The translations under genes were made by a program, and so were the position numbers. A stretch of DNA of 64,000 nt, taken from assembly GCA_051294905.1 (NCBI GenBank), contig CM119371.1, positions 30,258,001-30,322,000 on the forward strand, written 5' to 3'. Origin of the DNA: Botryllus schlosseri (lineage: Eukaryota). Positions within the stretch are counted from its first letter, which is position 1; each line of letters opens with the position of its first letter. The notes under the pieces are model-generated. The model was not told where the DNA came from, made no database searches, and was given only the letters and a program-made list of their open reading frames with translations. Positions 61,889 to 64,000 of the stretch are shown here, piece by piece.

Positions 61889-64000
61889 CTGCAATTGGAT
61901 TTAACGTGGTTGCGAGATTCCTGATGTCAGTTCGTACAAGATCGATATGACGCATTCAGTAAGATCTGTCTCCGACAGTGGCTCTTAACGGGTGTTCCGT
62001 CGAACACCAGTGGTTCTCTCAGTCAGTCTCAGTGGCTCCCAGAAAATCAAGAAACACACTGAGCTCATGGATAAGATGTGCGATGACAGCCTTGTCTTAT
62101 CCATCATGGGTTGCAGTTAATTAGGCCCGATCAATATAGATCAGCCGTTCCCAACCGGCGGGCCGCAGCACACTGGGGTGCCGATTGGACTGCACAGGGG
62201 TGCCGCGAGAAAGTAAGATGAATAGGTTTTAAAAAAGCGTCGTCGAGCTACGTCATATCACGGTTCAGTGCCGGATTCCAGTTGCAGTGACTAAAAGTCA
62301 TTTCCGGCAAAGAGACTGTGATTGTGACGCTTGGTCGAAAGTGATGACTTTTTTAGTAGGGCAAGTTTTTCAGTAGGGCAAGTTTTTGCAACATTTTTTT
62401 GCAACTTTTTTTTTACAACTTTCGGCAGCTTCTCAAATATTCAGAAGTTATGTAGTGTGGTGTTTTAAGCTGTCTGGAGGAATATTTTGGTGCAACTATT
62501 TTCAACTTTTCTTAATTTTTTCATGCAAACTTTGCAACTTTTTTGATTTTTCAGGCAACTTTTTGCAACTCGTTTCGATTTTTTATGTAATCAACTTTTT
62601 ACTGGAAATGTTTGGCACTATGTGTAAATAGGTCGCTTGATTATTTCACTGTCGTTTAAATTTGAGGTCCTTTGTGATTCGACGTACATTCAGGCTAGAC
62701 CGCCGAGAATTATATTTTCACTGGTCTATTTTTTCAGGCTATTGATTTTGTTGAAGTCGCCAACATTGAGTTTTGCTACAGTGATTTGGATATGAAACGA
62801 TTCGAGTATCTTATACCCGAATGATTGTCCATAAATGCACTATTTACTGCAACTTTTGTGAAAAATAAGTGAAAATTTCCTCGGATTTGACTGCAACAAA
62901 AACTTGCCCTTCACCACCTTCCCGAATCCTAAATTCGGACTACTCGTATTACCGAGATCGTAACTGCCTTACCCAAACTTCGCAGTTGATGGTGGTAGTC
63001 AACGAATGATGATTATTCTACTAATCAATGAAATTGATATCGTTAAGTCTGATGTAAAAAATGTAGCAGGCGGACGGGGTCAATCTTGACTTCATATGTT
63101 TATTGTATCATAAAAACCAAATCCGTGCGATTTGGTGGTTGGCTACTGCTGTATAACTTGTTAATGGGATAATATCGGTACCAAGTATAGAACCCCGTTT
63201 TACACTCTGCTCAATATCAACGTAGCAATACTCAAGCGCCGAATACATTGTCTACTCTGGCCTAGATCGTTAAGACGTAAGCTAATATTCCTTGCAAGTC
63301 GTCGTCGAAATTGTTGGCAAAGCGACGAAAGATATTGATTTCATGGGATTATTATAGCAATGGATTGCCTCAGTTGATACATTTGGCGACGCTTCAAACG
63401 TCAATGTACTTCAGCATTGTGGCCTTATGTTGCCCGAGTCGTCGCTAGGCATCGTGTACAATCTGTACATGTACATTAATACAGGCTATCACGTCACTGA
63501 AATGTAGGGTTGATAGTAGCAATATGACGTCACGTGACGTTGAGGTTCACGTTGACGTTCACACAGAACCTTTCAAAAAAGGTTCGCGTTCACACGAACC
63601 TGAACCTTTCAGAGGTTCACACCATTCCTAGTGAAAATGATTTCGTAAATCGACATAAAGTTGAATTTATCGGCAGAATTATTCAACTAGTAATTTTCTT
63701 CGCGCTTCGCGCGACTCAGTATCACCTTTCTTTTTTATTTGAATATGGATACCTATCGCTGCCCAACATACCAATACGCATGCTTTACAGAAACTCTCAT
63801 TTGAAACTAAGTAATTGGTATCACGCTGTTTTATTATTATTTTATTATTATTTTATTATTATTTTTATTATTTTACGAACGACACGATGACATTTTCCGA
63901 GGTTATAAGCCTCGCCTTTCTGAACATGGTGTCAACATGGGAACAACATAATGACGCTGATTTGCAATAAATATTCATTACAATGAATTCGTTTTGTATG

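Noticed and set aside
62386..62631. Phe-rich 81-aa ORF as a membrane protein
   Set aside because: Arises from GCAACTTTTT low-complexity repeats inside a repeat element.

Overview
Eukaryotic, intron-rich, TE-dense genomic DNA from an animal, probably an invertebrate chordate such as an ascidian (inferred from gene families, not shown by the sequence). Two convergent multi-exon host genes were reconstructed by hand with phase-consistent GT-AG junctions. The first is a + strand mosaic protease (~2.5-39.9 kb): ShKT, 2 EGF, trypsin-like domain with an atypical active-site region, 6 TSP1, a Cys-rich module and a C-terminal ShKT. The second is a - strand class-A GPCR (43.2 to >61.9 kb) with at least 3 LDLa repeats joined directly to the 7TM domain, with no LRRs. 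A 19-kb intron of the protease gene holds a five-level nested transposon stack. At its core is an apparently intact 12-kb EnSpm/CACTA element (4485-16495; CACTGTAAAAA TIRs, 2-bp CA TSD). It encodes an intronless 779-aa C2H2-ZnF DDE transposase and a spliced ~598-aa SAMD3-like second protein. The second gene shows tandem amplification of an exon+MITE unit and is preceded by a duplicate of the transposase upstream (promoter-like) region. The rest of the window is hAT MITEs with 8-bp TSDs, a TA-flanked MITE and tRNA-derived SINEs. Most short ORFs in the track are spurious.
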